64,000 nt of DNA from an uncultured Bacteroidales bacterium (GCA_964488495.1 CAZAUQ010000004.1:5316-69315); one strand, 5' to 3'. Positions 1 through 10,198 are shown, counted from the stretch's first letter. Translations and numbers: made by a program. The notes: generated by a model not told the origin, from the sequence alone.

Positions 1-367
1 CCAGTCCGACTGTAACAGGTTTTATGCCGTCGAATGCGGCCGAAATCCACTTGTTTTGTCTAAAAGCCTGTATAAAACGCACAATTGCGTACATAACTAC
101 CAGCGAAGGCAGGCATACGGCAAAAGTGGCCAGCATTGATCCCCAGACATTGCCGGTTACCGTATAACCAACATAGGTGGCCATATTGATGCCTATTGGG
201 CCTGGGGTGACCTGAGAGATTGCCACCATGTCGGTGAATTCAGCATGACTGATCCACTGATGTTTCAGTACCATTTCATGCTCGATGAGTGAAAGCATGG
301 CATAACCTCCTCCAAAATTGAAGAAGCCTATTTTTAGGTAGGTAATGAATAATTGCCAGTAAATCAT
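1..367 (-). CDS. chromate transporter family protein (half-size ChrA-like subunit); 3' end cut by the window edge
   Basis: My reverse-strand translation from ATG 367..365 reads MIYWQLFITYLKIGFFNFGGGYAMLSLIEHEMV...SQVTPGPIGINMATYVGY. This is the GGGYAM / PGP signature of CHR-family transporters. The start overlaps the upstream stop as ATGA. Confidence 0.8.
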   Translation of the reverse strand, partial: MIYWQLFITYLKIGFFNFGGGYAMLSLIEHEMVLKHQWISHAEFTDMVAISQVTPGPIGINMATYVGYTVTGNVWGSMLATFAVCLPSLVVMYAIVRFIQAFRQNKWISAAFDGIKPVTVGL

Positions 368-933
368 AACTGCTTTCTTTTAGAGATCCAGAACCAGACA
401 ATACCACCTACGGCACCCGAAAGGATAATCCAGACAGGACTCACTCCCATAAAGCCAACCAAAATAGCTGTGCCGATAGGAATGAACATGGTTTTAAGCG
501 TTATGCGGGCAGACTTGGCTAAACGAAAGAGGGGTGCAGCAATCAAAGCGACCACTGCAGGCCGTATTCCTTTAAAGATGCTTTCTATCGCAGGATTTTC
601 CCTGAAAGAAGTAAAAAAGGTTGCGATAAGCAGTATAATCAGGAAGGAAGGCAGCACAGCCCCCAGGCTGGCCAAATACATGCCCGATTTTCCTCTGGCT
701 TTGTACCCAACAGAAACGGCGATGTTCATCGCAATAATTCCGGGTGCACTCTGAGCCAGAGCCAGCAGTTCCAGAAATTCTTCCCGGTCAAACCAGCCTT
801 TTTTATCGATTAATTCTTTTTCGATGAGCGGAATCATGGCATAGCCTCCGCCTATGGTAAAGGCTCCCAGCTTGAGAAAAGTGAAAAACAGCTCGCTTAA
901 ACCAGCCTTTATGCTTTTTTCTTTTCTATCCAT
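364..933 (-). CDS. chromate transporter family protein (half-size ChrA-like subunit)
   Basis: 189-aa ORF with LKLGAFTIGGGYAMIPLIEKEL and QSAPGIIAMN motifs and several hydrophobic helices. It pairs with the downstream half-size paralog. The ATG at 933 lies 25 nt inside the 3' end of purL. Confidence 0.85.
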   Translation of the reverse strand: MDRKEKSIKAGLSELFFTFLKLGAFTIGGGYAMIPLIEKELIDKKGWFDREEFLELLALAQSAPGIIAMNIAVSVGYKARGKSGMYLASLGAVLPSFLIILLIATFFTSFRENPAIESIFKGIRPAVVALIAAPLFRLAKSARITLKTMFIPIGTAILVGFMGVSPVWIILSGAVGGIVWFWISKRKQL

Positions 934-3900
934 TCCCTGGCATTGACAAAAGCCTCAATCCATGGTGTCACCTCGTCTGTTTTGTTTCTTCCGGCAGGAT
1001 AATGAGCCCATTGCCATGGGAAGACAGCTCTTTCGAGATGAGGCATCATGGCCAGATGCCTGCCGTCGGCCGAACAAATGCCGGCTGTCGAATACTTTGA
1101 TCCGTTCGGATTGGCCGGGTAGGCATCGTGGTTGTATTTGGCTACTATATGGTATTTGTCTTCACTATAAGGCAAATCAAATTTACCTTCTCCGTGAGCT
1201 ATCCATATTCCCAGTTTATTGCCGGCCAAAGAGCCAAACATAACGGAATGATTTTCGGGAATAGCTACAGATACAAATTCCGATTCAAATTTATGCGAAT
1301 CGTTGTGCAGCATGTTGGGTTTATCCTTGTGTTCCGGATAAATCAGGTCGAGAGCAACCATGCATTGGCAGCCGTTGCAGATACCCAGACTCAGGGTGTC
1401 GGGGCGGGCATAAAAAGCGTCCAGGCTTTTTTGGGCCGTGGGATTGAATAAAAAGCCTCCGGCCCAACCTTTGGCTGATCCCAGGACATCAGAATTGGAA
1501 AAGCCTCCTACAAAGACGATCATATTGATGTCTTCGAGTGTTTCGCGGCCCGACATCAAGTCGGTCATGTGGACATCTTTCACATCAAAGCCGGCCAGGT
1601 GCAGGCAATAAGCCATTTCGCGGTCGCCGTTTACGCCTTTTTCGCGAATGATGGCCGCTTTTATGCCGCTGCAACCTTTGCGGTCGGGCGAAATACCGTA
1701 TTGACGGAAGCTGCCCTGGAAATTCTTGCCGAAGTTAAATTCCAAGGCTTGATTTTTATAATTGGAATAACGTTCCAAAGCCGCCTTTTCACCACTTTGC
1801 CTGCGATCGAGCAAATAAGAGGGACGATACCAGGTATCACGTAAGGCATCTATATCCAGCTGATGCTTTTTAGCCTGCAGCTTAATCTTCAGTTTGCGTT
1901 CGGGGATATAATGGCCCAAACGGCAGTGGCGGATGCCGGCTTGTGTCAGGTATTCTTCGGTTTCTTCGGGATTGCTCACCTGAACAAGTACAGAAGGATT
2001 TTCGGCAAAAAGCAAATGAATAAGATCCTTGTTGCTTTCGTGCAAACCGGCCAAAGAATCTAAATCAATGTCCAATCCTCCGTCTGCATTTGGGAAGCAC
2101 ATTTCGAGCAGAGCTGTTACAAGGCCTCCCGCCGAAACGTCGTGTCCGGCTGCTATCATGCCCTTTTCCAGCATGCTTTGAACAGTGTTGAAGGCGGCGC
2201 GAAAATAGGCTGCATTCTTTACCTGAGGCACTTCACTACCCAGTTTGTTCAGGCTTTGAGCAAGGGCTGAACCACCGAGTTTTGGCTGATTTGCAGAGAA
2301 GTCAATGAAGTAAACCGGATAGTCGGCGTTTGGTTTTAGAACGGGAGTGACAATTTTGCGAATATCCGAGACTTCGGCTCCGGCCGAAATAATGACAGTG
2401 CCCGGAGAGAAGACCTTCTCTTTTCCATATTGCTGAGTCATCGACAGGGAATCCTTGCCGGTAGGAATGTTGATACCCAAAGCAATGGCAAAGTCGCTGG
2501 CGGCTTGTACTGCTTTGTACAGGCGGGCGTCTTCGCCAGGATTCTTGCAGGGCCACATCCAGTTGGCCGAGAGGGAAACACCGGCAAGTTTGTCGCTCAG
2601 GGGAGCCCAGACAATATTGGTGAGCGCCTCGGCTATTGCAAGTACAGAGCCGGCTTTCGGATCAACCAGAGCCGCCTGGGGTGCATGACCAATAGAAGTG
2701 GCAATACCGGCCTTACCTCTGTAATCGAGCGCAACGGCTCCCAGATCGCAGACGGGAAGCTGAATTTCGCCGGCGCATTGCTGACGGGCTACTTTCCCGG
2801 TTACCGAGCGGTCTACTTTGTTGGTGAGCCAGTCTTTGCAAGCTACAGCTTCGAGTTGCAATACTCCCTGAATGTATTCATTCAGTTTGGCCGGATCGTA
2901 GCTTAATGAACTGAATGTTTCATCGATGGTCTGATCGGTAATGACCGTGCGCGGAGGTTTGCCGAACATATCGTCAAGCTTCATATCGATGGGGCAGTCT
3001 CCGTTTTTTTCTTTGAAAACAAAACGCATATCGCCGGTGGTTTCGCCCACCACATACATCGGAGCACGTTCGCGATCGGCAATCCGACGCATAAGCGACA
3101 AATCCTCTTCATTAACTAACAGACCCATCCTTTCCTGGCTTTCGTTACCGATAATTTCTTTAGCTGAAAGGGTGGGATCGCCTACGGGCAATTTGTCCAT
3201 TTCGATGAGACCTCCGGTGGATTCCACCAGTTCCGACAGACAGTTCAAATGTCCTCCGGCTCCGTGATCGTGAATGGATACAATGGGATTATGATCAGAT
3301 TCGGCCAAAGCCCTGATTACGTTGGCTACCCTTTTTTGCATTTCAGGATTGGCTCTTTGTACGGCGTTCAGTTCTATAGCATTGGAATACTTGCCAGTTT
3401 CAACCGACGAAACAGCCCCTCCGCCCATACCGATGCGGTAGTTGTCGCCGCCCAGCACTACAATTTTTTGTCCCGTTTGGGGTGTTTCTTTCAGGGCATC
3501 CTTTTTATTGGCATATCCGACTCCTCCGGCCAGCATGATGACCTTGTCGTAGGCGTATTTCTTTTGATTTTCTTCGTGTTCGAAAGTAAGTAATGATCCA
3601 CAAATGAGCGGTTGGCCAAATTTATTGCCAAAATCGCTGGCTCCGTTCGAAGCTTTGATAAGGATTTGTTCGGGAGTTTGATAGAGCCAGGGCCTTGGCT
3701 GTATGGCTTGTTCCCAGCTGCGGTTTTTGTCGTTGCGGGCGTAGGAGGTCATGTAAACGGCAGTTCCGGCAATGGGCAATGAAGCTTTGCCGCCGCCCAG
3801 CCTGTCTCTGATTTCTCCGCCGGTTCCGGTTGAGGCTCCGTTGAAGGGCTCAACGGTGGTGGGGAAGTTGTGGGTTTCAGCTTTGAGCGAAATCACCGAT

Positions 3901-4616
3901 TCGATGTCCCGGGTTTCGAAAAAATCGGCTTTGTCTCCTGCTGTAGGAGCAAATTGTTCAATACAAGGGCCCTGATTAAAGGCCACGTTGTCTTTATAAG
4001 CCGAAACCAGTTTATTGGGATGAGCCTCGGAGGTTTTGCGGATCAGCTTGAAAAGAGAATCTTCTTTTCCGACTCCATTGATTACAAAATGACCGTTGAA
4101 GATTTTATGCCGACAATGTTCGGAATTCACCTGTGAGAAGCCGAAAACTTCACTGTCAGTAAGGTCACGGCCGATTTTTTTGGACACCTTTTCCAGGTAT
4201 TCGATTTCATCGGGACTCAAAGCCAGGCCTTCTTGTTCGTTGTAGGCGGCAATATCCTGAATGTAAAGTATGGGTTCGGGTTTTTTGTGAATGCTGAATA
4301 TTTCCTGGTCCAGGCCTTTGTAAATGCGTTGCAGCATTGGGTCATGTTCGGCCTTGACATCTGTTACGGGAAGAAACTCTTCGATGCGGGTGATTCCTTT
4401 AAGGCCAAGATTCATGGCCATTTCTACTGCATTAGTACTCCAGGGAGTAATCATTTCGCGTCTGGGGCCGATAAAAATGCCTTCGATTTGTGGCAGATTA
4501 AGGTATTGAGCCTGGTTAAACAACCAGATGAGCTTATGGCTTTCCTCTTGGGAAAAATTACGGTCGGCTTGCACAGCGAGCACATTTCCGGCTGGGTTTT
4601 TAAAGAAATGAATCAT
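909..4616 (-). CDS. purL: phosphoribosylformylglycinamidine synthase (single-chain FGAM synthase)
   Basis: About 1235-aa large PurL with a C-terminal glutaminase domain (GICNGCQ nucleophile elbow). The N-terminus MIHFFKNPAGNVLAVQ is typical. The track ORF starts at an upstream TTG; I trimmed it to the ATG at 4616. Confidence 0.97.
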   Translation of the reverse strand: MIHFFKNPAGNVLAVQADRNFSQEESHKLIWLFNQAQYLNLPQIEGIFIGPRREMITPWSTNAVEMAMNLGLKGITRIEEFLPVTDVKAEHDPMLQRIYKGLDQEIFSIHKKPEPILYIQDIAAYNEQEGLALSPDEIEYLEKVSKKIGRDLTDSEVFGFSQVNSEHCRHKIFNGHFVINGVGKEDSLFKLIRKTSEAHPNKLVSAYKDNVAFNQGPCIEQFAPTAGDKADFFETRDIESVISLKAETHNFPTTVEPFNGASTGTGGEIRDRLGGGKASLPIAGTAVYMTSYARNDKNRSWEQAIQPRPWLYQTPEQILIKASNGASDFGNKFGQPLICGSLLTFEHEENQKKYAYDKVIMLAGGVGYANKKDALKETPQTGQKIVVLGGDNYRIGMGGGAVSSVETGKYSNAIELNAVQRANPEMQKRVANVIRALAESDHNPIVSIHDHGAGGHLNCLSELVESTGGLIEMDKLPVGDPTLSAKEIIGNESQERMGLLVNEEDLSLMRRIADRERAPMYVVGETTGDMRFVFKEKNGDCPIDMKLDDMFGKPPRTVITDQTIDETFSSLSYDPAKLNEYIQGVLQLEAVACKDWLTNKVDRSVTGKVARQQCAGEIQLPVCDLGAVALDYRGKAGIATSIGHAPQAALVDPKAGSVLAIAEALTNIVWAPLSDKLAGVSLSANWMWPCKNPGEDARLYKAVQAASDFAIALGINIPTGKDSLSMTQQYGKEKVFSPGTVIISAGAEVSDIRKIVTPVLKPNADYPVYFIDFSANQPKLGGSALAQSLNKLGSEVPQVKNAAYFRAAFNTVQSMLEKGMIAAGHDVSAGGLVTALLEMCFPNADGGLDIDLDSLAGLHESNKDLIHLLFAENPSVLVQVSNPEETEEYLTQAGIRHCRLGHYIPERKLKIKLQAKKHQLDIDALRDTWYRPSYLLDRRQSGEKAALERYSNYKNQALEFNFGKNFQGSFRQYGISPDRKGCSGIKAAIIREKGVNGDREMAYCLHLAGFDVKDVHMTDLMSGRETLEDINMIVFVGGFSNSDVLGSAKGWAGGFLFNPTAQKSLDAFYARPDTLSLGICNGCQCMVALDLIYPEHKDKPNMLHNDSHKFESEFVSVAIPENHSVMFGSLAGNKLGIWIAHGEGKFDLPYSEDKYHIVAKYNHDAYPANPNGSKYSTAGICSADGRHLAMMPHLERAVFPWQWAHYPAGRNKTDEVTPWIEAFVNAREWIEKKKA

Positions 4617-4716
4617 AAGGGAATGGTTTACGACAGGACTCTCGAAATCCTGCTGCAAAGGTAGTTAAAAAATAAACATACAGAGCTATATTTGCAGCCC
4701 GGAATAGCAGGATCAT

Positions 4717-5376
4717 ATGAAGAAACAAATCTCATTGCCCTTAATTCAGACATTAGATTCATTAAGTACTGAATCAGAAAGCGATAGTATACGAGAGTTA
4801 CTTTACTGGCAAGGTTCAGTTCTAAAGCTGGATTGCCTCAACTGGCCGGAGGATTTTCCTTATGCTCCCAAAACCAGACTTTGTATGGGCAGGAGTAGTC
4901 TGGGCATTTATCTTCATTTTGTAGTTGAAGAAATTGAAAAGCGCACGATCTATCACAGCGACAACTCTCCTGTCTGGCAGGACAGTTGTGTTGAATTTTT
5001 TGTTGCTTTGCCCTCTGAAGAGGAATATTTTAATTTCGAATTTAACTCCCTGGGCTATTGCCTGGCGGCCAAGCGAAAAAGTCGCGAAGAATTTGTCCTT
5101 TTCAGTCCTGAACAGCTGGCATTAATCAAACGTTGCCCCGGATCAACAAATGCTTACCCCGAAAAAGCTGTTCAGGTCTGGTCTCTGACTGTTTATATTC
5201 CTTTTGTTTTATTGGGCCTGGATTGTACTTGTTTACCGAAGGTTTTGAATGCTAATTTTTATAAGTGTTGTTCGTCTTGCACTCAAAAGCATTACCTGAG
5301 CTGGAGCCCGGTTCATTCGGTAAAACCTGATTTTCACCGCCCTCAGGATTTTGGAGTATTGCTTTTAGAAAAGTAA
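4717..5376 (+). CDS. hypothetical protein, carbohydrate-binding family 9-like
   Basis: 219-aa ORF. The pattern VWQDSCVEFFV...YFNFEFN...NFYKC...HYLSWSPV...PDFHRPQDFG resembles CBM9-like proteins common in Bacteroidota. This is recognised by eye only. Confidence 0.5.
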   Translation: MKKQISLPLIQTLDSLSTESESDSIRELLYWQGSVLKLDCLNWPEDFPYAPKTRLCMGRSSLGIYLHFVVEEIEKRTIYHSDNSPVWQDSCVEFFVALPSEEEYFNFEFNSLGYCLAAKRKSREEFVLFSPEQLALIKRCPGSTNAYPEKAVQVWSLTVYIPFVLLGLDCTCLPKVLNANFYKCCSSCTQKHYLSWSPVHSVKPDFHRPQDFGVLLLEK

Positions 5377-5443
5377 CGACACGGGAAAAAAGAACAAATT
5401 GTAAGCAGGCAAGTCTAAAAAAATTATAATAAAACAAAGCCTG

Positions 5444-6292
5444 TTATAGCATAGAAGTTTCTTCGTCAAGCGAAATGGGGGAAGCAGCTTCCCAAATACG
5501 ACCGTTGCTTTTTTTGAGTCCGGCAATTTTAGTGTAACAATCGTGGTAAAAGACCAGTCCGGCCTGCAGTTCACAGGCTTCTTCCAAAAGCCGCATTTTT
5601 TCCTCTACTGCCAGCAGGGCGTGGTTGTCTACGGCAGCAATGCAGCCTTGGGCAATGTGGGGAGCCATGGGAACCACATCGCCGGGGAAAATAAGATTAC
5701 CCCGCTCCGTGTGGATAAAGGAGACTAGTTGATCATAGGTATGGCCCTGGTAGAGTTTAAGTTCCAGGCCGGGAAACAAGCTTTGATCCTTTTCGATAAA
5801 ATGTAATTTGCCGGCATCCATCACAGCCTGCATATTCTCGGGCAAATAGGCGTCAGCTTCCCAAAAAGATGGATGAAGTGAATTATGCCATTGAGCTGCG
5901 CTTACCCAGTGGCGGGCATGTGGAAAGCAAAGCTCAGTTTCTCCCTTGCTGCCTGTTCGGGTGCAGCCTCCGCAATGGTCAAAGTGCAGATGGCTCAGTA
6001 CCACATCGGTGACTTGCATGGCGTCGTAGCCTTTTTTTTTCAATACCTCAGTTACCTCAAGCAGGTCGTGAAAGCGATAAAAAGTCATCCCTCTTAACTT
6101 TTTGCTTCCCACTCCCGTATCAAAAAGCACTTTTCGTTCGCCAAAATCAACGAAAAGACAACGCATGCTCAGGGGACTGCGATTCTCTTGGTCGGCAGGG
6201 TATTTTTTGGACCAGACTTTTTGGGACATTATGCCAAACATAGCTCCTGCTTCGGTCGAAAAAAAGCCCGTTTCTATACAGAAGAAGTTCAT
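5444..6292 (-). CDS. MBL-fold metallo-hydrolase
   Basis: HxHxDH zinc motif (LSHLHFDHCGG). The track ORF extends to 6454 and overlaps rfbD on the other strand; I trimmed it to the ATG at 6292 (MNFFCIETG...). Confidence 0.8.
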   Translation of the reverse strand: MNFFCIETGFFSTEAGAMFGIMSQKVWSKKYPADQENRSPLSMRCLFVDFGERKVLFDTGVGSKKLRGMTFYRFHDLLEVTEVLKKKGYDAMQVTDVVLSHLHFDHCGGCTRTGSKGETELCFPHARHWVSAAQWHNSLHPSFWEADAYLPENMQAVMDAGKLHFIEKDQSLFPGLELKLYQGHTYDQLVSFIHTERGNLIFPGDVVPMAPHIAQGCIAAVDNHALLAVEEKMRLLEEACELQAGLVFYHDCYTKIAGLKKSNGRIWEAASPISLDEETSML

Positions 6293-6328
6293 ATATTTAC
6301 TTAATTTTGCGGCAAAGTTATAAAAATT

Positions 6329-7213
6329 ATGACACAGAAAGTTGTTCTTGTTACCGGAGCTAATGGCCAATTGGGTTCTGAAATCAGGTTGTTGGCAAAT
6401 AAATATCCTCAATTTGCTTTTACTTTTACCGACATTCAGGAGTTGGATTTGCAAAATTCAACAGCGGTTACAGACTGTTTCAGACAGCTGAAACCGGCTT
6501 ATCTGATAAATTGTGCCGCCTATACAGCTGTAGAAAAAGCAGAAAACGACATTGAGCTTTGCTACTCCATCAACAGCACTGCGGTCAGAAACCTGGCTTT
6601 GGCTGCTAAACAACAGAATACTATTGTTTTACATGTTTCCACAGATTATGTTTTCGATGGGAAGCAAGTCAAGCCTTACCGCGAAAGCGATCCTGTTTGC
6701 CCTGTTTCGGTCTATGGTAAGAGCAAGTTGCAGGGAGAACAAGCCCTGAACGAAATCTGGCCTTCTTTGTCGGTCATAGTACGTACCGCCTGGCTTTATT
6801 CTGCTTTTGGAAATAATTTTGTAAAGACAATGATTCGGCTTGGCCGTGAAAAATCAGAACTCAGAGTGGTCGATGATCAATGGGGTAGCCCTACCTATGC
6901 GGTGGATCTGGCAGAGGTTTTAATGAAAATCATTATGTGTGCCGAAGCTGGGCATTTTACACCGGGCATCTATCATTACAGCAACGAAGGGAAATGTTCC
7001 TGGTTCCAATTTGCACAAAGAATTCATCAATTGGCAGGAATCACCGGCTGTACCATTATTCCGGTGACTACTGCCGAATACCCTACGGCTGTCCAAAGAC
7101 CAGCTTACAGCCTTCTGGACAAATCCAAAATACGCAAGGATTACGGAGTGAATGTTCCTTTGTGGACTGAAAGTCTGGAGGCCTGCCTATCGAGATTAAA
7201 TAATTGTAAGTAA
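6329..7213 (+). CDS. rfbD: dTDP-4-dehydrorhamnose reductase
   Basis: GANGQLG Rossmann motif, STDYVFDG, the YGKSK catalytic Y-x3-K, and WGSPTY typical of RmlD. Confidence 0.9.
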   Translation: MTQKVVLVTGANGQLGSEIRLLANKYPQFAFTFTDIQELDLQNSTAVTDCFRQLKPAYLINCAAYTAVEKAENDIELCYSINSTAVRNLALAAKQQNTIVLHVSTDYVFDGKQVKPYRESDPVCPVSVYGKSKLQGEQALNEIWPSLSVIVRTAWLYSAFGNNFVKTMIRLGREKSELRVVDDQWGSPTYAVDLAEVLMKIIMCAEAGHFTPGIYHYSNEGKCSWFQFAQRIHQLAGITGCTIIPVTTAEYPTAVQRPAYSLLDKSKIRKDYGVNVPLWTESLEACLSRLNNCK

Positions 7214-7225
7214 AACACCATTGTG

Positions 7226-8467
7226 ATGAAAAGAATTCAATTTCTAAAGCCAGGCAACACTATTTTACTGCTTGTTGTAAGTATGGCCTTGTTTGCTGCC
7301 TGTGGGCAAAAAAATACTGAAAAGCCACTTTCTGTTCGCATGGCCGAAAGCGAAATGATCAGGACGCCTGTCCCCAGCGATCTGGATTCAAGCAAAGGCC
7401 GCCTCAAATGGAACTATACGCAAGGACTGGAATTGCTGGCTTTCATGGACTTGTACGAAGTAAGCGGAGATGAACGTTTTTGGAATTATGCCGCCCGCTA
7501 TGCCGATACCATGATCAGCCCGCAGGCTGAGATTTATTCCTACAATAAAACCAACTACAATATTGACCATATTTGTCCCGGGCGAATTCTGTTTCGTATG
7601 TACGACAAAACCGGAGAAGCAAAATACAAAATGGCTTTAGATACCTTGTTTTCACAGCTGCAAACACATCCACGTACTTCTGATGGAGGTTTTTGGCATA
7701 AAAAAGTCTATCCGTATCAAATGTGGCTGGACGGCTTGTATATGGGTCAACCCTTTTATGCCGAATATATTAGCCGCTATGTTGACGCTTCAGAACAGCA
7801 AAACTTGTATGAGGATGTTGTTCGCCAGTTTGTTACGGTGGGCAAACATACCTACGATTCTCTCACCGGCGTCTACAGGCATGGCTGGGACGAAACCCGC
7901 TCTATGTTCTGGGCTGATAAAGAAAGCGGTCAATCGGCCCATTGCTGGGGCAGAGGCCTGGGCTGGTATGTGATGGGTCTGGTGGATGTACTGGATTATA
8001 TACCGGGGCAGGAACAACGTCAGGTTTTGATCGATATTCTAAAAGAAATATACGAGGTTTTACCCAACTACGCAGATCCTAAAACCGGTATGTGGTATCA
8101 GATCCTGGAGTTTCCGGACAGGGAAGGTAATTATCAGGAATCTACTGCATCCGTCATGTTTGTTTATGGCCTGCTCAAAGGGGTTAAAACAGGTGTTTTT
8201 GATGCATCTTACCGCAAGAAGGCCCTGCAATGGTATGAGATGTTTGTGGATCGTTTTGTAAAAGAAAATCCAGACGGAACCATCAGCATCACCGACTGCT
8301 GTGCAGGCGCAGGACTGGGCGGTTCACAAAACCGCAGCGGAAAATACGACTATTACATTAACGAAACCATTATCATCGAAAACGATTGCAAGGCTGTAGG
8401 GCCATTTATTCAGGCTTCGCTGATTTACGAAGAATTCAAATCCGATAAGTCCGGAAAACAGAAATAA
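7226..8467 (+). CDS. glycoside hydrolase family 88/105 lipoprotein (unsaturated glucuronyl/rhamnogalacturonyl hydrolase-like)
   Basis: Signal peptide with lipobox (LFAACGQ). YteR-like motifs are present: WNYTQGL, GGFWHKKVYPYQMWLDGLYMG, WGRGLGWY. Confidence 0.8.
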   Translation: MKRIQFLKPGNTILLLVVSMALFAACGQKNTEKPLSVRMAESEMIRTPVPSDLDSSKGRLKWNYTQGLELLAFMDLYEVSGDERFWNYAARYADTMISPQAEIYSYNKTNYNIDHICPGRILFRMYDKTGEAKYKMALDTLFSQLQTHPRTSDGGFWHKKVYPYQMWLDGLYMGQPFYAEYISRYVDASEQQNLYEDVVRQFVTVGKHTYDSLTGVYRHGWDETRSMFWADKESGQSAHCWGRGLGWYVMGLVDVLDYIPGQEQRQVLIDILKEIYEVLPNYADPKTGMWYQILEFPDREGNYQESTASVMFVYGLLKGVKTGVFDASYRKKALQWYEMFVDRFVKENPDGTISITDCCAGAGLGGSQNRSGKYDYYINETIIIENDCKAVGPFIQASLIYEEFKSDKSGKQK

Positions 8468-8572
8468 AATTCAGCTTATTTATACCCTTTATTGTTGATA
8501 CAGTGCTTGCATGAAAAACTCAAAAGTAGCTAAAAATTCACCAATTAGAGCTTTAAATGTAAAAACAAATCG

Positions 8573-8580
8573 TATCTTTG
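8573..8580 (+). promoter_or_regulatory. candidate Bacteroidota -7 promoter box (TATCTTTG) for mdh
   Basis: Exact match to TAnnTTTG, 61 nt upstream of the mdh ATG in a 174-nt intergenic region. Confidence 0.35.
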
Positions 8581-8641
8581 TCGTCCTTTTTGAACAGAGG
8601 GTTTTTAATAGTATAATAAGTTGATTTAGATTTAGTATTTT

Positions 8642-9580
8642 ATGTCAAAAGTAAGTGTAATAGGAGCAGGAAATGTAGGCGCAACTTGTGCGGATGTGAT
8701 GGCCATCAACGAAGTGGCAGATGAAATTGTCCTATTGGACATTAAAGAAGGGATTGCAGAGGGCAAAGCTCTCGATATGAAACAAGCTTCCTGTTTTTTG
8801 AGCATGGATACCAAAATAACAGGCACTACAGGAGATTATTCCAAAACGGCCGGTTCTGATGTGGTTGTGATCACCTCTGGTATTCCCCGTAAGCCCGGAA
8901 TGACCAGGGAAGAACTTATTGGTGTGAATGCCGGAATAGTGAAAGATGTTGCTGCTAATGTTCTGAAGTATTCACCCGACGCTATAATGGTTGTCATCAG
9001 CAATCCCATGGATACGATGACCTATCTGGTCCAAAAAACGTTCGGCCTTCCAAAAAATCGTATTATTGGATTGGGAGGAGCTTTGGATAGTTCCCGTTTC
9101 AAAACATATCTAGGCACAGCCCTGGGCAATGCCAATCTGAACGACATCGAAGCCAGCGTTATTGGTGGACACGGAGATACCACCATGATACCACTGACCC
9201 GATTCGCCACCTATAAGGGCATTCCGGTTTCTGAATTTCTTACCGAAGAGGACTTGAAAAAGGTTGTATCTGACACCATGGTTGGCGGAGCCACCCTTAC
9301 CAAATTACTTGGCACCTCGGCCTGGTACGCTCCCGGAGCTGCCGGAGCTTACCTGGTTGAAGCCATTTTGCGTGACCAGAAAAAGGTGCTGCCCTGCAGC
9401 GTCTATCTCGAAGGTGAATACGGACAAAAAGACATTTGTATTGGTGTTCCGGTAGTTGTTGGTAAGAATGGCTGGGAAAAAATAGTGAACTTCAAACTAA
9501 ATGCCAGGGAACAGGCTTTGTTTGATAAAAGCGCTGAAGCTGTTCGGTCCACCAACACCGTACTGAACGTGGTACTGTAA
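8642..9580 (+). CDS. mdh: malate dehydrogenase
   Basis: 312 aa with VIGAGNVG Rossmann motif, ITSGIPRKPGMTREEL and IGGHGDTMIP, all LDH-like MDH signatures. Confidence 0.95.
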   Translation: MSKVSVIGAGNVGATCADVMAINEVADEIVLLDIKEGIAEGKALDMKQASCFLSMDTKITGTTGDYSKTAGSDVVVITSGIPRKPGMTREELIGVNAGIVKDVAANVLKYSPDAIMVVISNPMDTMTYLVQKTFGLPKNRIIGLGGALDSSRFKTYLGTALGNANLNDIEASVIGGHGDTTMIPLTRFATYKGIPVSEFLTEEDLKKVVSDTMVGGATLTKLLGTSAWYAPGAAGAYLVEAILRDQKKVLPCSVYLEGEYGQKDICIGVPVVVGKNGWEKIVNFKLNAREQALFDKSAEAVRSTNTVLNVVL

Positions 9581-9587
9581 TTTTATC

Positions 9588-9625
9588 GGGGAAGTTGTAA
9601 TTACGCAACTTCCCCATTTTTTTTT
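9588..9625 (+). terminator. intrinsic terminator after mdh
   Basis: 10-bp perfect stem GGGGAAGTTG / CAACTTCCCC with an 8-nt loop, followed by A plus T9. Confidence 0.7.
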
Positions 9626-9629
9626 CAAG

Positions 9630-10154
9630 ATGCTGAAAACTTCTGATACCGTCCGGAAAATAATATTGATTAGCCTCGTTCTGCAGCTTAGCTTCGGAGC
9701 GACTCAAAAGCTATATGCCCAACAGGACAGCATTGATCAATCCGGTGAACGCTTTATACAGCGTTTGCAATCTCCCGAAAAAAACAAGGGTGTTGTACGG
9801 ATTTATCAGGACGGGCGCATTGTTGACTTGATTGGCAGTAAGCAAATGCCGACTAACATAATCAAGGACGGAGATAAAGCCCTGGTCAGTCTGAACGGCT
9901 GGCGTATCCAACTGTTTTCGGGTAATAATCAGGCAACAGCCAAAGAAGAAGCTTTTCGTAAGGAAGCTTTAGTAAAGGCTAAACTACCTGATTTAAACAC
10001 CTACGTTATTTATAACGCTCCGTTTTGGAGGGTGCGTGTCGGAGATTTCTTTACTTACGAAGAGGCCTACGAGGTCTTACTCGATTTAAGAAGAAGCTTT
10101 GTATTCGGACGCGAAATGTCTATAGTCCGCGAAAAAATTCAGGTTGAACCCTAG
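9630..10154 (+). CDS. SPOR domain-containing protein (secreted)
   Basis: N-terminal signal peptide. The C-terminal part (WRIQLFSGNNQ...FWRVRVGDFFTYEEA) matches the SPOR peptidoglycan-binding repeat pattern. Confidence 0.75.
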   Translation: MLKTSDTVRKIILISLVLQLSFGATQKLYAQQDSIDQSGERFIQRLQSPEKNKGVVRIYQDGRIVDLIGSKQMPTNIIKDGDKALVSLNGWRIQLFSGNNQATAKEEAFRKEALVKAKLPDLNTYVIYNAPFWRVRVGDFFTYEEAYEVLLDLRRSFVFGREMSIVREKIQVEP

Positions 10155-10198
10155 CCGGAAGGCTGTCTCGCATAAAGATGAGATAAAGAACTAAACCT

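Noticed and set aside
8511-8624. 37-codon plus-strand ORF (MKNSKVAKNSPIRALNV...) upstream of mdh.
   Set aside because: It spans the predicted mdh -7 promoter box, has no recognisable features, and is AT-rich low-complexity sequence. It is most likely non-coding leader/promoter DNA.
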